Shown here: positions 38,890 through 49,200 of the stretch, piece after piece
Layout of the letters: each line of letters opens with the position of its first letter
Position numbering within the stretch: the first letter of the stretch is position 1
IMG/VR virus record: IMGVR_UViG_3300042447_000691
Source: a virus
DNA length: 64,000 nucleotides
Reading direction: 5' to 3' (one strand)
Position numbers and translations under genes: made by a program
Notes under the pieces: model-generated
Told to the model about the DNA's origin: nothing
What the model saw: only the letters and a program-made list of their open reading frames with translations
Database searches by the model: none

Positions 38890-41800
38890 ATGGGAAGAAT
38901 AATACAACAAAATAATGGTAAAACCACAATCTACGTTACGGGCGAAAATTTCAATAATTTAAGTGGGACGACTGACACTTATTACGTTGGTGTCGATTCC
39001 AATACAGGGTTATTTGAAAAGAAAAATCCTGATGGATCATTTGAAGATTTTAGTGGTGGATTATTTACAGGTGGTACCGTTACTGGGTCAACTATATTTA
39101 CCAACGGTTTAACTGCAAATACAATATCTGCAACAACATATCAAAATTTACCGTGTAATGTAGAATATATTACTTATTCTGAATTAGCAGGTAAAATAAC
39201 AGGAGCAACACTATGTGAAGGAAAATATTACTTGATGACTGATTATCAAACGTGTTATGATCAACCAAACTTTGATTCTAATGGTTCGGCAATAACAACG
39301 GGTAACTATAAAACAGGAACAACAGAACCAATATTATTGCTAGCAATATCAACAACAGGATTTTCACCTACAGTATACTCGACATTATACCCACAAGATA
39401 AAATATCTTATGATATAACTTGGGATACAACAGAAGTGACAAGTGGTCCTGCCAAAGGTAGAATTACAGAAAGAATTGATGATAAAAATAATAGAGCCGA
39501 TTATGATTTTAGAGCAGTTCAATTTATTAGATATGTTGGTTATTTTTCAGAACAATACTATGAAGGTAAAATTAATTTAGATGGTACAACCGGATTAGTT
39601 GATGGAACTGGAACAACATTTACAAATGATTTTACTGTTGGTGATATTTTTGGAGTTTATAGTCCTGGTTTTGGATTAGGTAGTTTCCAATATTATGAAA
39701 TTTCATCGATAGTTAGTAATGTTGAAATGTATGTTACAGGTAGAACTTTAACGAATGCGACCAACTCCTATTATTCTTCGGGACAGAGATTACCTGATTA
39801 TATGAATCCACACCAATGTAATATAACTGGTACAACTAATGATGAATTTGCGGAGTATTATACATTTAATGATGATGATAATTTTAACACATACTTGGGT
39901 GATTATGTTAATTACAATACTTTTATATTATCAAATAACGTTTTTCTCGACGGTTCATACAGAAATAACACATTCGGTGGGAATGTTGTAGGTAATACAT
40001 TTGATGAAGATATGGACTCAAATATAGTTGGGCCATATTTTCAATATAATATTATAACAAATGATTTTGACAGAAATAATATAGGTTCATATTTTCAATA
40101 CAACATTATTGATTGTGATATGGAATCAAATCAGATTGGTAATTATTTCGAATTTAATATGCTCGGAGATTACGATGCAGAAGATTTTGATTTTAACCGA
40201 ATAGGTTCATACTTCAATAGTAATTTTTTAACGCTTAATTATGATTTTCAAAATAATAATATTGGAGATAGTTTTTATAGTAACATCATAGATAGTGATT
40301 TCCGAAACAATACTATTGTTGGTAGCTTTAATCTAAACCTATTAATTAATAACTACTTCAATGACAATATTGTAGGTAGTGATTTTCAATATAATATCAT
40401 ACCAACCTCTTTTTACTCAAATAATATAGGAGAGAATTTTGATAGTAATACAATAACCCAAAATTTTTATAACAATGAAATTGGTCCCGGATTTAATAAT
40501 AATTCAATAAGTGGGGAAACATATAACAATAGAATCGGTGAACGATTTGAAGAGAATACAATATATGGTAATTTTAATGATAACCAAATTTTCAACGAAT
40601 TTAAAGGTAATATAACGTATCAGGATTTTAGTCAAAATAGAACAGATTGGGGTTTTGGAGGAAATCAAATTAGTGGGAATTGTTTCGGTAATACCTTTGG
40701 TAGTTATATATCTAGTAATGACTTTTTGGGTGATGTTTACGAAAATACATTTAAAGGTGGCGTTTTGGGCAACACTATTGGTAATAATTTTGCTAATAAC
40801 AATATCGGTTATGGTTTTAGTGGTAACATAATAGGTGAAGATTTTGGAAACGGAGGTGGCTACTCACAAGGTAATATCATAGGTAATTATTTTTATGATA
40901 ATACAATAGGTGAGTATTTCTATAACAATACAATTGCTGATAATTTTTACGATAATGAAGTTGGAAATTATTTCCAATGGAATGTAATTAACACAAATAT
41001 AAATGATACTTATTTTACACTTAATTACGGAAATATCACAGGATTTAGTTATACCGCCGCAGGAACAGGGGCAACTGATACTATACACACTGATTTAACT
41101 GGAACAACAAATGGACACGGTGTTAATGCAACATTTGACGTTGAGGTTTCAGGCGGAACAGTAATTGGTGTTACAGGAGCAACGGAAGGTAGATTGTATC
41201 AAAATGATGACGAACTAACAATACTTGGAACTCAAATTGGAGGTGTAACCGGAGTTATTGATGGATTCTCGAGCGATGCTGTCGGTAAATCAGGAACTAC
41301 AGGAACATATGATAATGTATTTGCACAAGGTACTGGTGCGGGTGAGAACGGAAGTTTTAATATTATTGTTGTTGATGATTTAGTTGATAGTATATCATTA
41401 AGTGGTGGAGGAAGTTCATATTTGACTGGGGATGTATTAACTATTGACGGTAGTATATTTGGCGGTGTTGATGGTGTTGATGATATCACAATAACTGTTA
41501 GCACATTATATTCAGATGATGTTATTATTACAGTTACCGGAACAACTCCGACACCTTTATTTTATGAGCAGTATACAAAACAAATTTTTGAAAGAAGATT
41601 AGGTAACAAAAGAGTATCTTTTTATGATGAAGATGATATTTTAAATGTTGACTCAGTGTATGAAATCTCAGGTTATATTCCAGTGTATAGTCAATCTTTA
41701 TCATTCCCTTTCAGTAGTGCGAGTTTTGAGTTTGAGTGTGATGGAAGTTATACCAATAATGGTGGAATAACCAATCAAACTGCATATACTATGACTGAAT

Positions 41801-41946
41801 TGGTTACTTTATTTAATAGTAACTTTAGACAATTTGGTTATTTCTTTGATAATAATGATGGAACAATTGGTTTGTATATAAACCCATCATTAAAACAACA
41901 GTATTGCCCAAGTGGAACATACACAATAAATGTATTTAACGATTAA
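38890..41946 (+). CDS. Large tail fibre/spike-like protein with Asn-rich beta-helix repeats
   Basis: Dozens of ~11-aa N.IG..F..N repeats (aa ~340-700), two G.G..F.V.V..G..Y..GD.LTI.G..IGG modules, and a C-terminal domain shared with the next gene. Confidence 0.65.
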   Translation: MGRIIQQNNGKTTIYVTGENFNNLSGTTDTYYVGVDSNTGLFEKKNPDGSFEDFSGGLFTGGTVTGSTIFTNGLTANTISATTYQNLPCNVEYITYSELAGKITGATLCEGKYYLMTDYQTCYDQPNFDSNGSAITTGNYKTGTTEPILLLAISTTGFSPTVYSTLYPQDKISYDITWDTTEVTSGPAKGRITERIDDKNNRADYDFRAVQFIRYVGYFSEQYYEGKINLDGTTGLVDGTGTTFTNDFTVGDIFGVYSPGFGLGSFQYYEISSIVSNVEMYVTGRTLTNATNSYYSSGQRLPDYMNPHQCNITGTTNDEFAEYYTFNDDDNFNTYLGDYVNYNTFILSNNVFLDGSYRNNTFGGNVVGNTFDEDMDSNIVGPYFQYNIITNDFDRNNIGSYFQYNIIDCDMESNQIGNYFEFNMLGDYDAEDFDFNRIGSYFNSNFLTLNYDFQNNNIGDSFYSNIIDSDFRNNTIVGSFNLNLLINNYFNDNIVGSDFQYNIIPTSFYSNNIGENFDSNTITQNFYNNEIGPGFNNNSISGETYNNRIGERFEENTIYGNFNDNQIFNEFKGNITYQDFSQNRTDWGFGGNQISGNCFGNTFGSYISSNDFLGDVYENTFKGGVLGNTIGNNFANNNIGYGFSGNIIGEDFGNGGGYSQGNIIGNYFYDNTIGEYFYNNTIADNFYDNEVGNYFQWNVINTNINDTYFTLNYGNITGFSYTAAGTGATDTIHTDLTGTTNGHGVNATFDVEVSGGTVIGVTGATEGRLYQNDDELTILGTQIGGVTGVIDGFSSDAVGKSGTTGTYDNVFAQGTGAGENGSFNIIVVDDLVDSISLSGGGSSYLTGDVLTIDGSIFGGVDGVDDITITVSTLYSDDVIITVTGTTPTPLFYEQYTKQIFERRLGNKRVSFYDEDDILNVDSVYEISGYIPVYSQSLSFPFSSASFEFECDGSYTNNGGITNQTAYTMTELVTLFNSNFRQFGYFFDNNDGTIGLYINPSLKQQYCPSGTYTINVFND

Positions 41947-41963
41947 AAAATTTAAAAAATAAA

Positions 41964-43202
41964 ATGGCAACAAAATATATTGTAAATAACGTACCGGGAC
42001 AAACCATAAATGGTGATATAACCATTAATGGAAATTTAAGTGTTACGGGTGTAACAACAGGAAGTTTAGCGACTTACAAAGCACTATTAACTCAGTTAGG
42101 TTCTCAGACCGGCACTACTTTAGGTGGTTTTGGTGGTCTTAATGATGGTTTAATTATAGGTGAAACCTATACAATAACTGATTATGTTAGTGATGATGAT
42201 TTTAGTAATATTGCAAATGCGTTGAGTGGGGTTGTTCTTACATATAGTTATAGTGGAACATCGGTAACTGGGGTGACCGATACATATACTTCTGGTGGTG
42301 CCACAAGTGGTGAAGGTTCTGGTATTGTGTTTGAAATTGTAGTAAACAATGATGCTTATGAATCAGTCAGTATCGTTACCATTGGTTATGGTTATGTAAG
42401 TGGTGATACAATAACGATATTGGGTACAAATGTTGGGGGTATCAGTCCAGATAACGACATAACAATAACTGTTGATAGCTCAACTACAGACAATCCAAAT
42501 GAAACAGGATCTGTTTTTATCGCGACAGGAGAAATACCAGCAAATTGGAGTAACGGTTCTACTTTAGTATCTAGCGGTAATTTAGTAGTGACAGTATTAG
42601 AAAACAATTTGGGATTTGACATTGAGTGGGGTTATGATTTTGAATTCCAGCCAGGATTTTATTTGGGTTTTAATTCAACCACAGGTCCACTATATAATAA
42701 TTTTAATAGAAACACAACATTCGTTTTAGGTGGTGGGACCGCAAGCCCGTTTTTTGGGCCTTTCTTATTAGAAACTTTTGTGTCCCCTATAAGTTTTAAC
42801 GAAAAGGATGATTCAATTGTTGTTGCGGTTTTTGATTTAGACGTATTTGAGCCAGTTTCCGATAGTCTGTATTATTTTCCAGTAGAGATTCAAATTAAAC
42901 AAGATTTAGATACCACACCAATTGTAATAAGTGGAACTATGGAATCATCGTTTCCTATTCCCACTGCTAGTATTGCTTTGTTTTGTAATGGAAATTTCAT
43001 TCAATCACTTTACGGGGATGGTACAGTAAATGATATGTCAGAACTTATAACTTACTTAAACTCTGAACCAAATATGAGTTATTTGGGAACATATTCTGAT
43101 GCTGGAGATGGTTTTGTAAATTTAGAAATGCCAACCAACTCAGTAAATCAATTTTGTTCTAGCGGAACATTAACGTTTGAGGTATTCAACTGTTGTGTTT
43201 AA
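41964..43202 (+). CDS. Tail fibre-like protein, paralogous modules to 38890..41946
   Basis: G.G..F.IVV..GYGY.SGD.ITI.G..VGG module and C-terminal C.G....M.EL...N....G.....G......QFC.SGT domain. Confidence 0.6.
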   Translation: MATKYIVNNVPGQTINGDITINGNLSVTGVTTGSLATYKALLTQLGSQTGTTLGGFGGLNDGLIIGETYTITDYVSDDDFSNIANALSGVVLTYSYSGTSVTGVTDTYTSGGATSGEGSGIVFEIVVNNDAYESVSIVTIGYGYVSGDTITILGTNVGGISPDNDITITVDSSTTDNPNETGSVFIATGEIPANWSNGSTLVSSGNLVVTVLENNLGFDIEWGYDFEFQPGFYLGFNSTTGPLYNNFNRNTTFVLGGGTASPFFGPFLLETFVSPISFNEKDDSIVVAVFDLDVFEPVSDSLYYFPVEIQIKQDLDTTPIVISGTMESSFPIPTASIALFCNGNFIQSLYGDGTVNDMSELITYLNSEPNMSYLGTYSDAGDGFVNLEMPTNSVNQFCSSGTLTFEVFNCCV

Positions 43203-43236
43203 GCTTCCGTTGACTAACTTTATAAAAATTAAAAAA

Positions 43237-43479
43237 ATGATAAAATATATTAAAAGAAAAAGTGATAATAAGTTTCTACAATCTTTAGAAAATGATGTTT
43301 GGGTTGATAACTCAAAAGACGCTTATGAAATGACATATAAAGAATGTGTGGACACAAAAACCACATTACTTAACACATATACTTCTGAAGAAATAACTGA
43401 AGTTTTTAATATGTTTAAGAGTAAACCAATGTCAAGAGAAGAAAAAAAAGAACTACTTAATCTATTAAAAAACAAGTAA
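43237..43479 (+). CDS. Small protein, possible fibre-assembly chaperone
   Basis: Follows the fibre genes; start reassigned to MIKYIK (43237). Confidence 0.45.
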   Translation: MIKYIKRKSDNKFLQSLENDVWVDNSKDAYEMTYKECVDTKTTLLNTYTSEEITEVFNMFKSKPMSREEKKELLNLLKNK

Positions 43480-43480
43480 T

Positions 43481-43747
43481 ATGAGAATCTGTATATTATG
43501 TGAAGAATCTAAAGTTTCACAAGCAAGAGAAAAAATGAAAAATGATAATATCTTAAAAATAGATTTATCACCAACAGGAGAGTTACCGGCAACTCACAAA
43601 TTATGTGTTATGGCTGTAACGGAAGAAAGGGCAAAACAACTTATGGATTCTGCGGAGTTAACAATAATTGAGGCAATGAACCCAAGAGAATTTTTGGTAA
43701 AACATAACCTAAAGAAAATTGGAAAATACGGAATTAAACCCTTTTAA
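43481..43747 (+). CDS. Small hypothetical protein
   Basis: 88-aa ORF in the operon. Confidence 0.5.
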   Translation: MRICILCEESKVSQAREKMKNDNILKIDLSPTGELPATHKLCVMAVTEERAKQLMDSAELTIIEAMNPREFLVKHNLKKIGKYGIKPF

Positions 43748-44354
43748 GTTAAAAAAAAAATTCATCACAAACGATGAGTCAAATCAGATAGTTAATTGGA
43801 TTGAATCTATTAACCACATTGGGAATGATTCAAACCACCATCTTACCGAACTATCCAAAGATTTAAATGGTAAGTCGTATATTTTTGACATATCAAATAC
43901 ACCATTAACTAATTACATATCAAAATTTCAATCAATATCGGATGTATCTAAAGACCCGTTACCTGATTTTATACATAATATAATAGATAAAATATCTAAA
44001 GAATTTAATTTTCCAAAAGAAAACGTTTTTTTACAGGCGGTTGATATGAATAAAGGTGGAAAAATAAATCCACACTATGACGCATCAATTGATGGTTATG
44101 TTAACTATAAGTGTAATATAAGTGTGTTATCGGAAGATTACAAAATTTTTATAGACGGATCGTCCCCATTAATAGAACAAAAAGACCTATACTGTTTTGA
44201 GGCATCTTTATATAAACATTGGACAGAAGAGTTTAACTCAAGACGAGTGTTTTTAAGTTTTGGATTCTTACTACCTTATGAAATTTTAAATAGGGATAAA
44301 AATGATCCGAGAGTTAGATTAAGTCAACGAATATCAAAATATTTTCAAAAATAA
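43719..44354 (+). CDS. 2OG-Fe(II) oxygenase superfamily protein
   Basis: INPHYD (HxD), KHWT (distal His), RRVFLSFG (RxS-like). Confidence 0.7.
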   Translation: MENTELNPFKLKKKFITNDESNQIVNWIESINHIGNDSNHHLTELSKDLNGKSYIFDISNTPLTNYISKFQSISDVSKDPLPDFIHNIIDKISKEFNFPKENVFLQAVDMNKGGKINPHYDASIDGYVNYKCNISVLSEDYKIFIDGSSPLIEQKDLYCFEASLYKHWTEEFNSRRVFLSFGFLLPYEILNRDKNDPRVRLSQRISKYFQK

Positions 44355-44371
44355 AATACTTATTATAAGTA

Positions 44372-44725
44372 ATGGAATTTTTTATAAAACAAAACACAAG
44401 TTTACCCATTTTAAAAATGGATGTTATTAGAGACGGAAGAACCGACTCGTGGAAAAACTTTTATGAAATTTTGGATAATGCGAACATCCGATTCTCAATG
44501 AAAAGTGAAGACAACGGAATTCAAAAAATATTTATGCAACCGGCATACCTAACAGAAAAAGATAGAACAAATCCGGACTCACCAAGAGAATATTATATCT
44601 ATTACAAATGGTCGGCAAGAGACACAAATAAAAAAGGAAGATTCATCGGAGAATTTTCGATTGTATTAGAAAACGGAGAGTTGATCGCACCAATAGTTTC
44701 AAATTTATATATCAACATCATTTGA
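44372..44725 (+). CDS. BppU-N-like baseplate/Ig-like protein
   Basis: IYYKW..RDTNKKG.F.GEFSI..ENG...AP pattern. Confidence 0.55.
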   Translation: MEFFIKQNTSLPILKMDVIRDGRTDSWKNFYEILDNANIRFSMKSEDNGIQKIFMQPAYLTEKDRTNPDSPREYYIYYKWSARDTNKKGRFIGEFSIVLENGELIAPIVSNLYINII

Positions 44726-44750
44726 CATTTTACCATTTAACCATTATTTA
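44722..44750 (+). promoter_or_regulatory. Sigma70-like promoter of the DNA polymerase gene
   Basis: TTGACA(44722-27)-N17-TATTTA(44745-50). Confidence 0.6.
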
Positions 44751-44812
44751 TTAGGTAAGGGAAATCACAATATTTTTTGTGAGCATAATAACCCAAACTT
44801 AAAATTATAGAT

Positions 44813-47713
44813 ATGGTTCCACAAGAAGAAATTGAGCGCTTTTTACACGGCGAAGACGACGAGAAATATATTGTCGCATTAGAATACGATTACAAATCAG
44901 ATAAAATTTTCAAGGTAATACAAGATCCAATCAAAGGAAAACTTTTGAGGATGGATACATTCATCCCATTTGCTTGGGTTGGTGACCTTAGAACAAAAAA
45001 CTTTTACAAAGGTAATAAAGACTTTCAAAAAAAGGCGATGTCTGAAAACGGCATCATCATAGAAAAATTAGAAGATAGGGGAGACGAAAGATTAAAAAAT
45101 GGATTGACTTTCTTGGTCAAAACAACAAAATCATATTCAAACCTTGTGAACTTTTTTAAGGGTGGTGGTTTAGATCCGTGGGGAAGAGACAACTCAGATT
45201 GTATAACAATACTATCACCGGTAGAGCAATACTTAATCCAAAAAAGTAAAAGACTATTCAAAGGATTTGATGAATATGATGAGATCCACAGGTTTGTATT
45301 CGATATTGAGACCACAGGTTTAGATCCCAAGACAAGTAAAATGTTCTTGATTGGAATGAAAGACAACCGTGGCTTCTTAAAATTATTATCAGCACAAAAC
45401 GAAGATGAAGAACGACAAATGATCATTGAGTTTTTCAAAACCATTGACGAATTAAAGCCGTCACTTATCGGTGGTTACAACTCAGCATTCTTTGACTTTC
45501 CGTTTATTTTAAAACGTGCGGAAATTTTAAAGTTAAACATTAAAAAAATATCAAAAACGTTAAAGGCAGATCAACCATTAAAACAAAAAGACGGAATTTT
45601 AAAGTTGGCAAATGAGATGGAACCTTATGTTCAAACTCAAATGTGGGGGTATAATATTGTGGATATTGCTCATGCGGTTCGTAGAGCACAAGCAATTAAT
45701 TCCGACATTAAGAGTTGGTCTTTGAAGTATATCACCAAATTTATTGAGGCAGAAAAAGAAAATCGTGTTTATGTTGAGGGAGATAAAATCGGAAAGATTT
45801 ATTTTGACAATGAGGATTATTGGATGAATAAAGAAAACGGCAACTATAAAAAAATAGGTATCAACGAAAAGATAGATGAAGTTTGTTCAAGGAGAACTGA
45901 TATATATGTGAAAACTAACGGTTCAAAAATTATTGAGGACTACCTTGATGATGACCTTTATGAAACTATGATTGTTGACGAACAGTTCAATCAAGCTAAC
46001 TTCTTACTTTCCAAACTGGTACCAACCACCTATGAACGACTCTCAACGATGGGTACTGCAACATTATGGAAAATGATTATGTGTTCGTGGTCTTATAAAA
46101 ACAATTTGGCACTACCTAAAAAGAAAGAGAAAAGAAAATTTACAGGAGGTCTTTCTCGTTTGGTTCAGGTTGGTTACTCAAGGAAGGTATTAAAACTTGA
46201 CTACTCGTCACTATACCCCTCCATTCAGTTAGTTCACGACGTATTTCCTGCTTGTGATGTAACAGGAGCAATGAAAAGTATGTTAAAGTACTTTAGAGAT
46301 ACTCGTATAAAATATAAAAATTTAGCAAGTGAATTTAAAAAAACGGATCCGAAACTTTCAGTCTCATATGACAGAAAACAATTACCAATCAAAATCTTTA
46401 TCAACGCATTCTTTGGATCTCTCTCAGCACCTCACGTATTTCCATGGGGAGACATTGACATGGGAGAACAGATTACGTGCACAGGAAGACAATATTTACG
46501 ACAGATGATTATGTATTTTATGACGAGAGGGTATGTCCCACTGGTGATGGATACGGATGGGGTCAACTTTGAGACCCCTGTAGATAGAGAAAACTATACC
46601 TATGTAGGTAAAGGACTTAACGGGTTAGTTAAGGAGGGTGAAACCTACGTAGGTGCTGAAGCCGATGTTGCAGAATACAATGATCTATTTATGAGAAACG
46701 AGATGGGTCTTGATATTGATGGTGTATGGCCTGCAACCATTAACGTGGCTCGTAAGAACTATGCACTACTCACAGATAAAGGTAAAGTTAAACTTACGGG
46801 TAACTCAATTAAATCTAAAAAACTTCAAACGTATGTTGCAGAATTTTTAGATAAAGGGTTAAGAATGTTACTTGACGGTAAGGGTGGTGAGTTTTTAGAT
46901 TTCTATTATGAGTATGTAAGTAAAATTTACAACAAAGAAATACCTTTAGCAAAAATGGCAAACAAGGCTCGTGTTAAACAATCAATTGACGATTATAAAG
47001 TACACATCACAAAAAAAACAATTTCGGGTAGTTTAATGTCAAGGCAGGCTCATATGGAACTTTTAATGAATGCTGGTAAAAAACCAGGTTTAGGTGATAC
47101 TATTTATTATGTTAATAATGGTGAAAAGAAATCACACGGTGATGTTCAGAAAAAAACAACAAAGATGACTAAAAAACAAATCGAGGATTATACAAAAATT
47201 CACGGGGGCGTACCACCTGAAATGTTATCAAAAAGTGAGGTTATCTTAAATTGTTATTTAATTGATGAAAAGGAAATAGAAAATAATCCTGACTTATTAG
47301 GTGATTATAACGTAGCAAGAGCGTTAGCAGCATTTAATAAAAGAATTGAACCCTTACTTGTGGTATATAACCCTGACATTAGAAAAGACATCTTAATTGA
47401 GAACCCAATATATCAACCAATCTTTACGAAGTCACAAACAGAATTAGGTCGCGGATATCCAATGAAAGAAAAGGATCAAGATAATTTAGATGAGGTCTTA
47501 ACTTTATCTGATATGGAGATTGTATTTTGGCAAACAGTGGGTATTGATCCATACTATATGTATATTGACAATACTTTGGATCTTGTTGAGAAAAGTAGAG
47601 TTGATCACAATAGAAAACTAATGTTGGAGAATAAAGTTAAAAAGTCAGTTGATGTTGATGACCTTTATGAATTTGATGAAGATGGGGATTTAATGTCTTT
47701 AGTTTTTGACTAA
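44813..47713 (+). CDS. Family B DNA polymerase
   Basis: ExoI FDIETTG, ExoII GYNSAFFDF, motif A LDYSSLYPS, motif B KIFINAFFG, motif C MDTDG. Confidence 0.95.
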   Translation: MVPQEEIERFLHGEDDEKYIVALEYDYKSDKIFKVIQDPIKGKLLRMDTFIPFAWVGDLRTKNFYKGNKDFQKKAMSENGIIIEKLEDRGDERLKNGLTFLVKTTKSYSNLVNFFKGGGLDPWGRDNSDCITILSPVEQYLIQKSKRLFKGFDEYDEIHRFVFDIETTGLDPKTSKMFLIGMKDNRGFLKLLSAQNEDEERQMIIEFFKTIDELKPSLIGGYNSAFFDFPFILKRAEILKLNIKKISKTLKADQPLKQKDGILKLANEMEPYVQTQMWGYNIVDIAHAVRRAQAINSDIKSWSLKYITKFIEAEKENRVYVEGDKIGKIYFDNEDYWMNKENGNYKKIGINEKIDEVCSRRTDIYVKTNGSKIIEDYLDDDLYETMIVDEQFNQANFLLSKLVPTTYERLSTMGTATLWKMIMCSWSYKNNLALPKKKEKRKFTGGLSRLVQVGYSRKVLKLDYSSLYPSIQLVHDVFPACDVTGAMKSMLKYFRDTRIKYKNLASEFKKTDPKLSVSYDRKQLPIKIFINAFFGSLSAPHVFPWGDIDMGEQITCTGRQYLRQMIMYFMTRGYVPLVMDTDGVNFETPVDRENYTYVGKGLNGLVKEGETYVGAEADVAEYNDLFMRNEMGLDIDGVWPATINVARKNYALLTDKGKVKLTGNSIKSKKLQTYVAEFLDKGLRMLLDGKGGEFLDFYYEYVSKIYNKEIPLAKMANKARVKQSIDDYKVHITKKTISGSLMSRQAHMELLMNAGKKPGLGDTIYYVNNGEKKSHGDVQKKTTKMTKKQIEDYTKIHGGVPPEMLSKSEVILNCYLIDEKEIENNPDLLGDYNVARALAAFNKRIEPLLVVYNPDIRKDILIENPIYQPIFTKSQTELGRGYPMKEKDQDNLDEVLTLSDMEIVFWQTVGIDPYYMYIDNTLDLVEKSRVDHNRKLMLENKVKKSVDVDDLYEFDEDGDLMSLVFD

Positions 47714-48042
47714 GAGTTTTTTAGTCCGTCACTAGAAAGAATATACCAATGATCACCAATTTTTCTAAACTCCACACACGAACCTTTAGTTAATTCTACT
47801 TCATTGTATTCTTCGTCTATTAGGTCGTTAGATGAAACTAAAACATTTGTAAGTGCTTTTATCACGACGTGGTCGGTAGTTTTAGAGTCTAAAAATAAAT
47901 TACATTTCTCAACCTCTTTTACCACAATTGCCGACTCACCATTCGTTTTATATTCTTCGTTTGTAACGATAGATAACTCCGATGTTTTTATTTCAACGCC
48001 GTTTATAATTTTTTTTGAAGATAAACTTCTGAATATTGCCAT
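47710..48042 (-). CDS. Small beta-rich hypothetical (structural?) protein
   Basis: 110 aa, directly downstream of the neck gene. Confidence 0.5.
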   Translation of the reverse strand: MAIFRSLSSKKIINGVEIKTSELSIVTNEEYKTNGESAIVVKEVEKCNLFLDSKTTDHVVIKALTNVLVSSNDLIDEEYNEVELTKGSCVEFRKIGDHWYILSSDGLKNS

Positions 48043-48049
48043 AAAAAAT

Positions 48050-49171
48050 TTATATAATAGTATACGGACTGTTAAAAGGTCTGAACTTTAATAACTTGTT
48101 TAAGTTTTCTGCCTGTAATGCTTTTGCCTCCATCATTTTATCTGGTCTCAATCTTTCAAGTCTTGTTTTAAGTTCTTCCCATAATAATGTTTTCTCATCT
48201 TTTGCTTCAGATTGAAGTGTTGTATACTCCAAAGTTAACTCACTATCGGGAGTTTTAAGGTTACCACTATATTTACCTCTAACTCTTGCCAACGTTTCTT
48301 TACAATAAGCGGTAAACCATCTTCTAACCCAAGTTCTTGACGGGTTATTTAATTTATCCCATCGTAATCTTTCTAATGGAACATCTGAAGGTAATCGTAC
48401 TACATCAGGGTTTTTAGATAAACAATCTTCTCTATCGAAAGTATCATAATACCAATACCATACCTTATGGTCGTTTCTTTTCATATTACCAAAATCAAAT
48501 TTACCTCCAGGTACATTGTAAAGGTGTATCGCTTTTTTACCTTCTGGTAGTGCGGTAACTCTATATGTTAAATCACCTGAAATAATTCTTCTTTTAATAT
48601 TAATGTCCGACATTCTTAAAAGTATGTCAGCAGCAGGAGTAATAAAATAGTTACCCGAAGTACCCATTTGTGAGAACCCCGCACCACCACCTAAACCAAT
48701 TCCACCGAACCCACCGAACCCACCCATAAAAGGGTCAAAATATGCTGCGTCTAACTCAGATCTTGAAAACCATAAAAGTTCGTTTAATTCTCTACCTGCA
48801 GGTATTTCGTATATTTGTTGGTTAGGAACCAAATCTATATAATCTTTTTTCAAAACGTAATCACCACCAGCCTGTAACCCTACGATCTTAGAATAGGAGT
48901 AAGTGTATTGCGTTTCCCAATCCAAACTTCTGGTTGTTAGTGCTCGTGTAACTGATTGCTCATCTAAATTTAGACCATACACTGAAGTCCATTGTGCTTC
49001 AATTAACCAATCTTGTATGTGTTGTTCGTAATCTTCGATTGATAACTCTAAAAGGGAATCTAATTGATCGTCATCAAGTTCAACAGAACGTAGTGGGGCA
49101 CCTAATAGATTTTTAATCCTTCTATAAAGTGCCTCTCTTTCAGGACCGGTAATTATAACAGTTGTTGCCAT
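48050..49171 (-). CDS. Neck / head-tail adaptor, T4 gp13-like
   Basis: I...LG.P...VEL...Q....ELSI N-terminus; W.RR...A..KE.L..VRGKY....P...L C-terminus. Confidence 0.75.
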   Translation of the reverse strand: MATTVIITGPEREALYRRIKNLLGAPLRSVELDDDQLDSLLELSIEDYEQHIQDWLIEAQWTSVYGLNLDEQSVTRALTTRSLDWETQYTYSYSKIVGLQAGGDYVLKKDYIDLVPNQQIYEIPAGRELNELLWFSRSELDAAYFDPFMGGFGGFGGIGLGGGAGFSQMGTSGNYFITPAADILLRMSDINIKRRIISGDLTYRVTALPEGKKAIHLYNVPGGKFDFGNMKRNDHKVWYWYYDTFDREDCLSKNPDVVRLPSDVPLERLRWDKLNNPSRTWVRRWFTAYCKETLARVRGKYSGNLKTPDSELTLEYTTLQSEAKDEKTLLWEELKTRLERLRPDKMMEAKALQAENLNKLLKFRPFNSPYTII

Positions 49172-49200
49172 AGGTACTTATTTTATATATAAATATCTAA

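Noticed and set aside
38890-43202. Diversity-generating retroelement in the Asn-rich fibre genes
   Set aside because: No reverse transcriptase and no near-identical TR/VR pair differing only at adenines; the repeats are protein-level and degenerate.
44813-47713. Intein/intron in PolB, or modified-base specificity from NAFFG/DTDG variants
   Set aside because: No intein splice motifs or frame break; the motif variants alone cannot support a specificity claim.
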